A stretch of 16,255 nt of DNA from a virus, in UHGV virus genome UHGV-0338003; one strand, written 5' to 3'. The notes beneath the pieces were generated by a model. The model was not told the origin of the DNA, did not search any database, and was given only the letters and a program-made list of their open reading frames with translations. A program made the position numbers and the translations under genes. Shown here in pieces: positions 8,200 to 15,483 of the stretch; the first letter of the stretch is position 1, and each line of letters opens with the position of its first letter.

Positions 8200-8236
8200 A
8201 GCGCCCTACAGGACGCTTAGCTCTTTAACAATCTGG
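8200..8236 (+). promoter_or_regulatory. BoxA-like antitermination element preceded by a hairpin (nut-like or rrn-like)
   Basis: GCTCTTTAACAA (8220-8231) matches the rrn BoxA core and resembles lambda nut boxA (CGCTCTTA). Preceded by the AGCGCC...GGACGCT hairpin. Sits in the leader between the PL-like promoter and the first plus-strand ORF. Confidence 0.4.
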
Positions 8237-8276
8237 TCCCCATCAACAAGTAACTGATAACTTGAGGAGATGTGAA

Positions 8277-8483
8277 ATGCACAAAACAGAACCCAAAATC
8301 GTCGCGCCTGGCTACACAGATGAGGAAATTTATGAGTGGATGACAAAGAAGCTGGCAGCTATAAACCAGCTTCGTGAAGTGCTGTCTTATCGACAGGAAA
8401 CAATAGACTCCTTAAAAAAACTGGATCAGGAAATCACGGTTTTATCACAGGATGTTACTTTAGATATTGTGCAGACAAATTAG
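8277..8483 (+). CDS. hypothetical small protein (predicted helical)
   Basis: 68 aa from the ATG at 8277, with a GAGGAG RBS 7 nt upstream. The ORF-track start at 8262 is a TTG. The 3' end overlaps the convergent 144-aa gene by 29 bp. Confidence 0.4.
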   Translation: MHKTEPKIVAPGYTDEEIYEWMTKKLAAINQLREVLSYRQETIDSLKKLDQEITVLSQDVTLDIVQTN

Positions 8484-8889
8484 GATCCCATTCATTTTCG
8501 TCAAAATCATCAAAGTGATGAATTTGTGATCTCCAGTCTCGATAATCTAAAAATTTCTGGGCGGTTACGCTTATTTTATCAAGTGTGAGTTCATCCTGAA
8601 TTGAAAGAAGAAGTTCATCAAATTTCATCTCATTAATCTGTTTTGGCATCCAGTGATGCTTCATCAGAATAAGGTGAACCAGAGCCTTTTTCCCATTCAA
8701 CTGATTATAGGGAGTGCCGAATTTCTTCCGGTGCTCATGTAAGACAAGGTCCAGAAGAGTAAGTAATGTTGCCCTTGATTCAACTTTGCTTATTTCGACT
8801 GATGACACTACCCCACTGATTTCAATGCCCCGATACTTTCCAACATTTTCACAGTGGGATTTGTACAGCGTATAGATATTACCGGACAT
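8455..8889 (-). CDS. hypothetical protein, AT-rich immunity-region moron
   Basis: 144 aa. ATG at 8889 with an AAGGA RBS on the minus strand. No recognisable family by eye. Direct repeats lie upstream. Confidence 0.5.
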   Translation of the reverse strand: MSGNIYTLYKSHCENVGKYRGIEISGVVSSVEISKVESRATLLTLLDLVLHEHRKKFGTPYNQLNGKKALVHLILMKHHWMPKQINEMKFDELLLSIQDELTLDKISVTAQKFLDYRDWRSQIHHFDDFDENEWDPNLSAQYLK

Positions 8890-9357
8890 TTCTTTTCCTT
8901 TTGCGTTGTTGGGGATAACCAGATTAACCGAATCCTTGTTGTTGGGGAATAACCAGGTCCACCTCGCCTGATGTGGCTAAAAGCAGGCACATAACAGCTA
9001 AGTATTTTCAACCAGAGAGAATCCTTAGCGTTGTGGTGAATGCGGCTCAGCGCACGCGGGTTAAGGTTGAGGCTGACAGTCGACCTTCTGTGGATACCCA
9101 CCCGCCTGGTGTGCAACCTTCGCCAGGCACCGGGAGGCACCCGGCACCACAACTTTATGCTGTGTGTAGTCCTGGCGGTACCAGCTTGTACCCTTGCTTC
9201 CGGCTGGTACCGTCCTTTTTACAAAACAGAGAAGAGCATCACCGGACGACGGGCTCATAACCCAATCCATCCGGGCGGCAGTCACCGCAGGTGTTCTTCT
9301 CTGTTTTGTGGAGAAACTAACCGACCTTGCAGGGTCGATATGATGAGGAGCAGCAAA

Positions 9358-9720
9358 ATGGCTAGCGAACGCAGTACTGATGTGCAGGCATTTATCGGGG
9401 AGCTGGACGGCGGCGTATTTGAAACCAAAATCGGCGCAGTTCTCAGTGAAGTCGCTTCCGGTGTGATGAACACGAAAACCAAAGGTAAGGTCTCGCTCAA
9501 CCTGGAAATCGAACCGTTTGATGAGAACCGTGTGAAAATCAAACACAAACTCTCATATGTTCGCCCAACTAACCGCGGGAAAATTTCCGAAGAAGACACC
9601 ACCGAAACGCCGATGTATGTCAATCGCGGTGGTCGCCTGACTATTCTGCAGGAAGACCAGGGACAATTACTGACTCTTGCCGGTGAACCTGACGGAAAAC
9701 TCCGCGCAGCAGGTCGTTAA
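9358..9720 (+). CDS. YfdP-like prophage protein
   Basis: 120 aa from the ATG at 9358, with GAGGAG 7 nt upstream. The 5' extension to 9040 in the ORF track is GC-rich and not protein-like. Directly precedes YfdQ/YfdR-like genes, as in CPS-53. Confidence 0.55.
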   Translation: MASERSTDVQAFIGELDGGVFETKIGAVLSEVASGVMNTKTKGKVSLNLEIEPFDENRVKIKHKLSYVRPTNRGKISEEDTTETPMYVNRGGRLTILQEDQGQLLTLAGEPDGKLRAAGR

Positions 9721-9785
9721 TATCGTTCGTAATAAACTGATTATTTATCTCATCACTGAATATCTTTATATAGTGAGGACTTATT

Positions 9786-10610
9786 ATGTCTCAGAACTTA
9801 GACGCAACCGCAATTAATCAAATCCATGCCCTTATTTCTGCTCAGGGTGTTAATGAAATTATCAGTAAGATTGGTGCCGATGCTGTGGCATTGCCTGAGA
9901 ATTTCCGCATTCATGATCTGGAAAAATTTAATTTAAATCGCTTCCGTTTCCGTGGTGCACTTTCCACTGCCAGCATCGATGATTTTACCCGTTATTCTAA
10001 AGATCTTGCAGATGAAGGCACCCGCTGCTTTATCGATGCCGATAATATGCGTGCCGTCAGTGTGCTTAACCTGGGTACTATTGATGAGCCAGGTCACGCA
10101 GATAACACTGCCACTCTCAAACTGAAAAAGACAGCACCGTTCTCTGCTCTGTTGTCTGTTAACGGCGAGCGTAACTCCCAGAAGTCACTGGCAGAATGGA
10201 TCGAAGACTGGGCCGACTACCTTGTGGGCTTTGATGCTAATGGTGACACCATTCAGGCAACAAAAGCGGCTGCGGCGGTCCGTAAAATCACGATTGAAGC
10301 AAACCAGACTGCTGATTTTGAAGATAATGACTTCAGCGGCAAACGCTCCCTGATGGAGTCTGTCGAAGCGAAGACCAAAGACATTATGCCAGTGGCATTT
10401 GAGTTTAAATGCGTTCCGTTTGAAGGTCTGAAAGAACGTCCGTTTAAATTACGCCTCAGCATTATCACTGGCGATCGTCCTGTACTGGTTCTGCGCATTA
10501 TTCAGCTGGAAGCGGTGCAGGAAGATATGGCTAACGAATTTCGTGATCTGCTTGTTGAGAAATTCAAGGACAGCAAAGTAGAAACCTTTATTGGGACTTT
10601 CACCGCCTGA
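9786..10610 (+). CDS. yfdQ: YfdQ-like protein (DUF2303 family)
   Basis: 274 aa with a GAGGA RBS. Recognised from memory as the conserved prophage protein encoded upstream of yfdR in E. coli CPS-53. Confidence 0.65.
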   Translation: MSQNLDATAINQIHALISAQGVNEIISKIGADAVALPENFRIHDLEKFNLNRFRFRGALSTASIDDFTRYSKDLADEGTRCFIDADNMRAVSVLNLGTIDEPGHADNTATLKLKKTAPFSALLSVNGERNSQKSLAEWIEDWADYLVGFDANGDTIQATKAAAAVRKITIEANQTADFEDNDFSGKRSLMESVEAKTKDIMPVAFEFKCVPFEGLKERPFKLRLSIITGDRPVLVLRIIQLEAVQEDMANEFRDLLVEKFKDSKVETFIGTFTA

Positions 10611-10738
10611 TTTCATTACTGCAAATGCCCCTGCGGGGGCATTTATGGAAACGTAATTGACTCAATAATCGCCTGAAGGCGAGGGTTTTCTTTAACCAAA
10701 ATTCAGCGCGGTGCAGCGCATATAACGTGGAGAACAAA

Positions 10739-11263
10739 ATGTCATTTATTAAAACTTTTTCCGGGAAACATTTTTATTATGACAGGATAAATAAAGACAA
10801 CATCGATATTAACGATATCGCGGTTTCCCTTTCAAATATCTGTCGCTTTGCCGGCCATCTTTCACACTTCTACAGCGTCGCCCAACATGCGGTGCTTTGC
10901 AGCCAGCTGGTACCGCAGGAATTTGCTTTTGAAGCGTTAATGCATGATGCAACAGAAGCGTATTGCCAGGACATCCCGGCTCCACTGAAACGCCTTCTTC
11001 CTGACTATAAACGGATGGAAGAAAAAATAGACGCCGTAATCCGTGAGAAATACGGGTTACCCCCGGTTATGAGTACGCCCGTGAAATATGCCGATCTCAT
11101 CATGCTGGCAACCGAACGCCGCGATCTCGGGCTTGATGATGGCTCTTTCTGGCCCGTACTGGAAGGTATCCCGGCAACAGAGATGTTCAAAGTTATTCCA
11201 CTGTCGCCAGGCCATACCTATGGGATGTTTATGGAACGCTTTAAAGAGTTAACTGAGTCGTAA
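10739..11263 (+). CDS. yfdR: HD-domain 5'-deoxynucleotidase (YfdR-like)
   Basis: HD-domain metal-binding residues present (H...H, then MHDATEAY). ATG at 10739 follows a GGAGAA RBS. The ORF track's GTG at 10727 would give 178 aa. Confidence 0.7.
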   Translation: MSFIKTFSGKHFYYDRINKDNIDINDIAVSLSNICRFAGHLSHFYSVAQHAVLCSQLVPQEFAFEALMHDATEAYCQDIPAPLKRLLPDYKRMEEKIDAVIREKYGLPPVMSTPVKYADLIMLATERRDLGLDDGSFWPVLEGIPATEMFKVIPLSPGHTYGMFMERFKELTES

Positions 11264-11371
11264 AAATCAGCACGTACGAATTCAAACTCTGCCATAAAAG
11301 AACATATAAGTAATTTATTAACATATAGATATAGGTTATATTACAAATTGAAAAATTATTGGAGAGCAACA

Positions 11372-12238
11372 ATGAATCAAAATCCATTCTCATTCTATGA
11401 CTTTCTTGGATATTTAATACCAGGTGGTTTTTTTATCCTATTAATGTATTTCTGTGGTTTGACATTCGATCTAGATATTGTTATTGACTTAAGTGAATTG
11501 CTCAGAGGTCAAAGTCAAATCTTTGGCATTTTGAACTACGCTTCAATAGTTATTATATCTTATATAGCTGGACATTTTATTTCTATCACGTCAGCATTTT
11601 TTATCGAAAAATACATGAATAAAGAATTAGGATATCCTTCCAAATATCTATTTAAAAAATTGATAGATACCTCAGAAAGCATTTGTAGCCCATCATGCGA
11701 TGAGAGAAGCGCTGATAAAAAAACAAAAATAAAGAATCGCATAATCAAATGCGTATTATGTCCAATAATACTATGGGATTTTATAACACAAAAACTATGT
11801 TATTCTCAATCTCTACCATTTCATTTAGCTAATACAACATGGTTAATGATCAAAGAAGGTTATGAGAAAAAGTTCATAACAAATCGCCAATTATTACAAG
11901 ATAAAAACGGACTTGATGATGATCTCTTCAGATTGGCATATCATTATGTTTATGAGTTTTCAAAACAACATCAAACAAAAATTCAAAACTATGTTGCATT
12001 ATATGGTTTTTGCAGAAACATATGTTTAATCTTTATAATTTCATTTTGGGTATCAGTTCCAACCTTTATTTATCGATTATGTACTCATAGTGATTATCTT
12101 TATAGTTTACTTTCAATAATGCTTAGCTTTTTCTTCGTCTATGTTTTCTATGTTGGTTTTGTTAAATTTTATAGAAGATATACTTTAGAAGTATTAATGG
12201 CATTTGCTGTACTTCAAAGTAACGACACTATTCGTTAA
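11372..12238 (+). CDS. hypothetical integral membrane protein, AT-rich moron
   Basis: 288 aa from the ATG at 11372, with GGAGAG 5 nt upstream (track start 11348 is TTG). Hydrophobic helices at both ends (GYLIPGGFFILLMYFCGL, IVIISYIAGHFISITSAFFI, ICLIFIISFWVSVPTFIY, LSIMLSFFFVYVFYVGFV) around a soluble middle. Much lower GC than its neighbours. Confidence 0.55.
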   Translation: MNQNPFSFYDFLGYLIPGGFFILLMYFCGLTFDLDIVIDLSELLRGQSQIFGILNYASIVIISYIAGHFISITSAFFIEKYMNKELGYPSKYLFKKLIDTSESICSPSCDERSADKKTKIKNRIIKCVLCPIILWDFITQKLCYSQSLPFHLANTTWLMIKEGYEKKFITNRQLLQDKNGLDDDLFRLAYHYVYEFSKQHQTKIQNYVALYGFCRNICLIFIISFWVSVPTFIYRLCTHSDYLYSLLSIMLSFFFVYVFYVGFVKFYRRYTLEVLMAFAVLQSNDTIR

Positions 12239-12279
12239 TAATGTTGCTCCCGTGTGCAGACGGGATAATGGAGAAACGT

Positions 12280-12486
12280 ATGCTGAACCTCGATTGTGTT
12301 CCTATCTCAACTTATTGCAAAGAAACTGGCGAAACTCCTGAAGCAATAAACAAACGTGTACAGCGCGGTGTTTGGCGTGAAGGTGTTCAGGTTTTAAAGG
12401 TTGAAGGCGTTAAGGAGAGGTGGATTGATCTTAGTGAGGTTGCAAAATGGGCCAGACAAAACTGCTCAAACTACCGCGCGGCGTAA
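12280..12486 (+). CDS. xis: excisionase-like small DNA-binding protein (Xis)
   Basis: 68 aa from the ATG at 12280, with GGAGA 5 nt upstream. Immediately upstream of and overlapping int. Basic protein with Trp residues typical of small Xis proteins. Called mainly from position. Confidence 0.45.
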   Translation: MLNLDCVPISTYCKETGETPEAINKRVQRGVWREGVQVLKVEGVKERWIDLSEVAKWARQNCSNYRAA

Positions 12487-13619
12487 CAATCAGGAAACAC
12501 CGCCAGGGAGAAACGATCAATATAACTTTCACCTACAAAGGAGTTAGATGTCGTGAGCCGCTTTCCAATCTGGAAGTAACACCAAAGAACATTAAATACG
12601 CCGAGCGTACACTCGGCGAAATCCATAATAAGATCGAAAGGGGAACATTCATTTATGCAGAATATTTTCCCCGTTCTGCTCGTTTGAAAATTTTTGGTAA
12701 TGCTGCTGCAGGCAAAACGGTAAAGATGTACCTGGACGAATATCTTGAAATCTGCGAAACAAGAAAACTTTCACCCTCTACGATTGGTGGCTATAAAAAA
12801 TGCCGTAGTGCGTTAGCCTCACTTCACATTTGCCCTGCAAGTGAATTAACACCAGCAACCCTGAAAGCGTGGATTCAAAATCAGAAAACGACCTTAAAAA
12901 CAATTCGCAACCAGTTATCTTTCCTGCGGTCAGCACTTGATGAAGCCGTGACCGATGGGGTACTTCAAATTAACCCCGTATCGTTAGTAACAGCTTCGCG
13001 CTACCAAAGTGATAAGTCAGAAGCAGAAAGCAGCTACGTAGTTGATCCGCTATCACCAGCAGAAGTTGATGCATTACTAGCAGCAGCCGGAAACAAACAA
13101 TGGGAAAATCTGTTCCGGTTCGCTATACATACAGGCCTGCGTAGTTCTGAATTATGTGCCCTTCGATGGCGTGATATCGACTTTGTTGGAAAAACTGCCC
13201 ATGTCCAGAGCGCAAGTGTTGTCGGTGTTATCAAAGGGACAAAGACAAAAGCAGGTACTCGGAAAGTTGAACTGACAGAAGAGGCAATGTTGGCGCTGAT
13301 AAATCAGAAGCCATTTACATTCATGAAGGATACTACTGTCTTTGAAGATCCAAAGACCAATAAGCCTTGGGCAAGTGCTGATGCAATCAGGAAAAAAGCA
13401 TGGGTGCCAACATTGCGAAAAGCAGGTATTCGTTACAGAAATCCATATCAAACTAGGCATACATTCGCCACCCGCCATATCAGCCGGGGAGCAAACCTGT
13501 TTTGGCTTGCAGCTCAAATGGGGCATAAAGGGCCGGAAATGTTATTTCGTCATTATGGTTCATATTTAAAGGAATATGACGGTAATACGACCAGCAATAT
13601 CACAAAAAAAGCCACTTAA
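12447..13619 (+). CDS. int: tyrosine recombinase, lambda-family phage integrase
   Basis: 390 aa. C-terminal catalytic signature: R in AIHTGLRSSEL, HTFATRHISRG, and RHYGSY with the nucleophile Tyr. Adjacent to the att-like tmRNA fragment. Confidence 0.9.
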   Translation: MGQTKLLKLPRGVTIRKHRQGETINITFTYKGVRCREPLSNLEVTPKNIKYAERTLGEIHNKIERGTFIYAEYFPRSARLKIFGNAAAGKTVKMYLDEYLEICETRKLSPSTIGGYKKCRSALASLHICPASELTPATLKAWIQNQKTTLKTIRNQLSFLRSALDEAVTDGVLQINPVSLVTASRYQSDKSEAESSYVVDPLSPAEVDALLAAAGNKQWENLFRFAIHTGLRSSELCALRWRDIDFVGKTAHVQSASVVGVIKGTKTKAGTRKVELTEEAMLALINQKPFTFMKDTTVFEDPKTNKPWASADAIRKKAWVPTLRKAGIRYRNPYQTRHTFATRHISRGANLFWLAAQMGHKGPEMLFRHYGSYLKEYDGNTTSNITKKAT

Positions 13620-13630
13620 GTGGCTTTATC
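13604..13630. terminator. bidirectional intrinsic terminator between convergent int and the HEPN-like gene
   Basis: Perfect 20-bp palindrome AAAGCCACTTAAGTGGCTTT (13608-13627) flanked by A- and T-runs. The int stop codon lies in the loop. Confidence 0.55.
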
Positions 13631-13632
13631 AA

Positions 13633-14016
13633 TTAGGAGGCTCTCGATTTAAGCATTTCCGTACACTTAGCAAAGAGCCTCTCAGTTGTTAGAATCGCAA
13701 CTTCAGACTGTTTAGAAGTGACCGATTGATCAAGTCGATAGTCTGCAACAATCCTCTGAGCTTTAAGTTGACTCAGGATAAAACTAATCCCTTTTAGATA
13801 TCTAGCTTCATATACTTCACTTCCTCTTGAAGCATCGCCCTGCAAATAATTGATTAGCCCCTGATGACTGTCTTTCGGCCCGTTTACCATACAAGGCAAG
13901 ACATGATGGTAAGCGCCATAGTAGGATCTTGCTATAGCATTTCGATAGCCGATTTCGTCATTACGTTGATGACAGTCTTTTGCAAAACCGAGAAAATCTT
14001 GACTATTAACCGGCAT
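13633..14016 (-). CDS. HEPN-like domain protein (candidate effector or toxin)
   Basis: 127 aa from the ATG at 14016, with GGAGGG 6 nt upstream. N-terminal helix AKDCHQRNDEIGYRNAIARSYYGAYHHV and a later R-x4-DY (QRIVADYRL) fit the general HEPN pattern. Overlaps the upstream gene by 11 bp. Confidence 0.45.
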   Translation of the reverse strand: MPVNSQDFLGFAKDCHQRNDEIGYRNAIARSYYGAYHHVLPCMVNGPKDSHQGLINYLQGDASRGSEVYEARYLKGISFILSQLKAQRIVADYRLDQSVTSKQSEVAILTTERLFAKCTEMLKSRAS

Positions 14017-14821
14017 GTGCAACCCTCCGGGTAATCAGACCTAATTCGGAGATAGCATTCTGCTCAATATGTGTGTCTTTACATTCAAACCAAACAGCAA
14101 AATCTTTACCGACTAAACAATCGTGCTCAGCCATTGAAAAAGCAAGCTCAATATTCATATCAGCGATTTGTTCAGCATCAGAAGACTTTGTCATGAATAC
14201 AATCGCATTCACTTTCTCTTCCGAAATATTATAAAAACGCATTCCCGAAAGATGAACCTTCTGAGAATCCATGACATTGGCTACATTATTGAAAATAAGT
14301 TCATATTCTAAACCAGAAAGATCGGCACGTTGCTTAAAGGATTCGACCTGGGAAACAACTTCATCAAAATTGTTGTCCATTTTTTCAGGCTCCTTATCTC
14401 CGAACAATTTAGAGTATGACTGGAAATACTTCTCCGCCAACGCCATCTTCCCCATAAAGAGGGAGTTTTCATAAGCTTGAAGATAAATAAACGGGGATAT
14501 GAAGCTTTCAGCAAGCTTAATGCTTGTTTCAAAGCTTTTCTTCAACGTACCGTAATCTGACAAGAAAACAAGAAAATTCTTTGCAACAACCTCATTATGG
14601 CATACCTGCAAGGAACGCTCAAAGAAGCCTATCGCCTCATTCACTTGGCCATGTGCACCATAGACCAACGCTAAAAGATAGTCCTCAGAGACAGGATCTC
14701 TAAGTGCTTCAATCTCACGTAACATCCTTCTAAAGCTAAAGTCATCAATCCTCACTCCATCTTTGAGGTATTTAGTTAGCCGCGCGCTAATAACTGATGC
14801 TTTTTTTGCTGGCTGCAACAT
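14006..14821 (-). CDS. hypothetical protein, upstream partner of the HEPN-like gene
   Basis: 271 aa. ATG at 14821. Predicted mostly helical. No nucleotidyltransferase motif (GS...D.D) and no recognised family. Confidence 0.5.
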   Translation of the reverse strand: MLQPAKKASVISARLTKYLKDGVRIDDFSFRRMLREIEALRDPVSEDYLLALVYGAHGQVNEAIGFFERSLQVCHNEVVAKNFLVFLSDYGTLKKSFETSIKLAESFISPFIYLQAYENSLFMGKMALAEKYFQSYSKLFGDKEPEKMDNNFDEVVSQVESFKQRADLSGLEYELIFNNVANVMDSQKVHLSGMRFYNISEEKVNAIVFMTKSSDAEQIADMNIELAFSMAEHDCLVGKDFAVWFECKDTHIEQNAISELGLITRRVAHAG

Positions 14822-15248
14822 TAAAAACCTTATCTTACAAATAGTTGGTAATGATGTTGAATTATTTTTTGTTCTTTATGGCTAATAAGATTACATGAAG
14901 GGACAACTTCTGACCACCTTAGAAAACACTCACTTTAGTAACAAGAGTCAATAATATTGTTGACAAATCACAAAAAAACAAACTTATCCAAAACAATCTG
15001 GTTTATCACAAAGCCTCTGTGCATAAATCTGTGCATAACATCATTTTTACACACATTTTTTTATAAAAATATTTTTTAGCAAAAAATGCTATCTATCTCC
15101 GAAACTGCAACCACAAACCATTAATTCCAAATGAAACTATTTTAAAATAAATAGTAAGACAGTAACAGGACAGAAAAAGTTCCGCAAAAGAGCCGCTTGT
15201 AAAATCAACAATATTTGGCTATTTAAATTCAATGAATTACATAACTAT

Positions 15249-15279
15249 GGACACGGGTTCAACTCCCGCCAGCCCACCA
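15249..15279 (+). other. partial tmRNA (ssrA) 3' end, candidate prophage attachment core
   Basis: GGACACGGGTTCAACTCCCGCCAGCCCACCA matches the tmRNA T-arm, acceptor 3' strand and CCA. The rest of the ~360-nt tmRNA body is absent. The sequence upstream is AT-rich phage DNA. Confidence 0.6.
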
Positions 15280-15327
15280 AAATTCTCCATCGGTGATTAC
15301 CAGAGTCATCCGATGAAGTCCTAAGAG

Positions 15328-15358
15328 CCCGCACGGCGCAAGCCCTGCGGGCTTTTTT
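15328..15358 (+). terminator. intrinsic terminator downstream of the tmRNA 3' fragment
   Basis: Stem GCCCGCA, loop, stem TGCGGGC, followed by TTTTTT. Confidence 0.5.
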
Positions 15359-15412
15359 GTGCCTTGAATTTGTCCCGCGAAGTCTGATGCCAACTAATTA
15401 AATCCGAACCTT

Positions 15413-15465
15413 TTAGGCACCTTGTTAGGCACCTCATAAAGCTTTATTGTTTTTGAGGTGCCTAA
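15413..15465. repeat. TTAGGCACC repeats upstream of the degraded P4-type integrase (candidate integrase binding sites)
   Basis: TTAGGCACC at 15413-15421 and 15425-15433, with the inverted copy GGTGCCTAA at 15457-15465. Confidence 0.4.
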
Positions 15466-15483
15466 AACTATGGAAACCCGGCA

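Noticed and set aside
9040-9546. The 5' extension of the yfdP ORF (9040..9357) and the antisense ORF 9061..9546 (-)
   Set aside because: The upstream extension is GC-rich with a non-protein-like translation (Arg/Pro/Cys-rich), and a strong RBS precedes the internal ATG at 9358. The antisense ORF overlaps the conserved YfdP-like coding frame.
13034-13526. Minus-strand ORFs 13034..13234 and 13152..13526 inside the integrase gene
   Set aside because: Antisense to a clearly intact tyrosine recombinase with a Cys-rich, non-protein-like translation. Shadow ORFs.
15249-15279. Possibility that a complete tmRNA (ssrA) gene is present
   Set aside because: Only the T-arm, acceptor 3' strand and CCA are present. 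The upstream 330 nt or so is AT-rich phage DNA with no tmRNA-like 5' end, tag-reading frame or pseudoknots. This is an att-site fragment, not an RNA gene.
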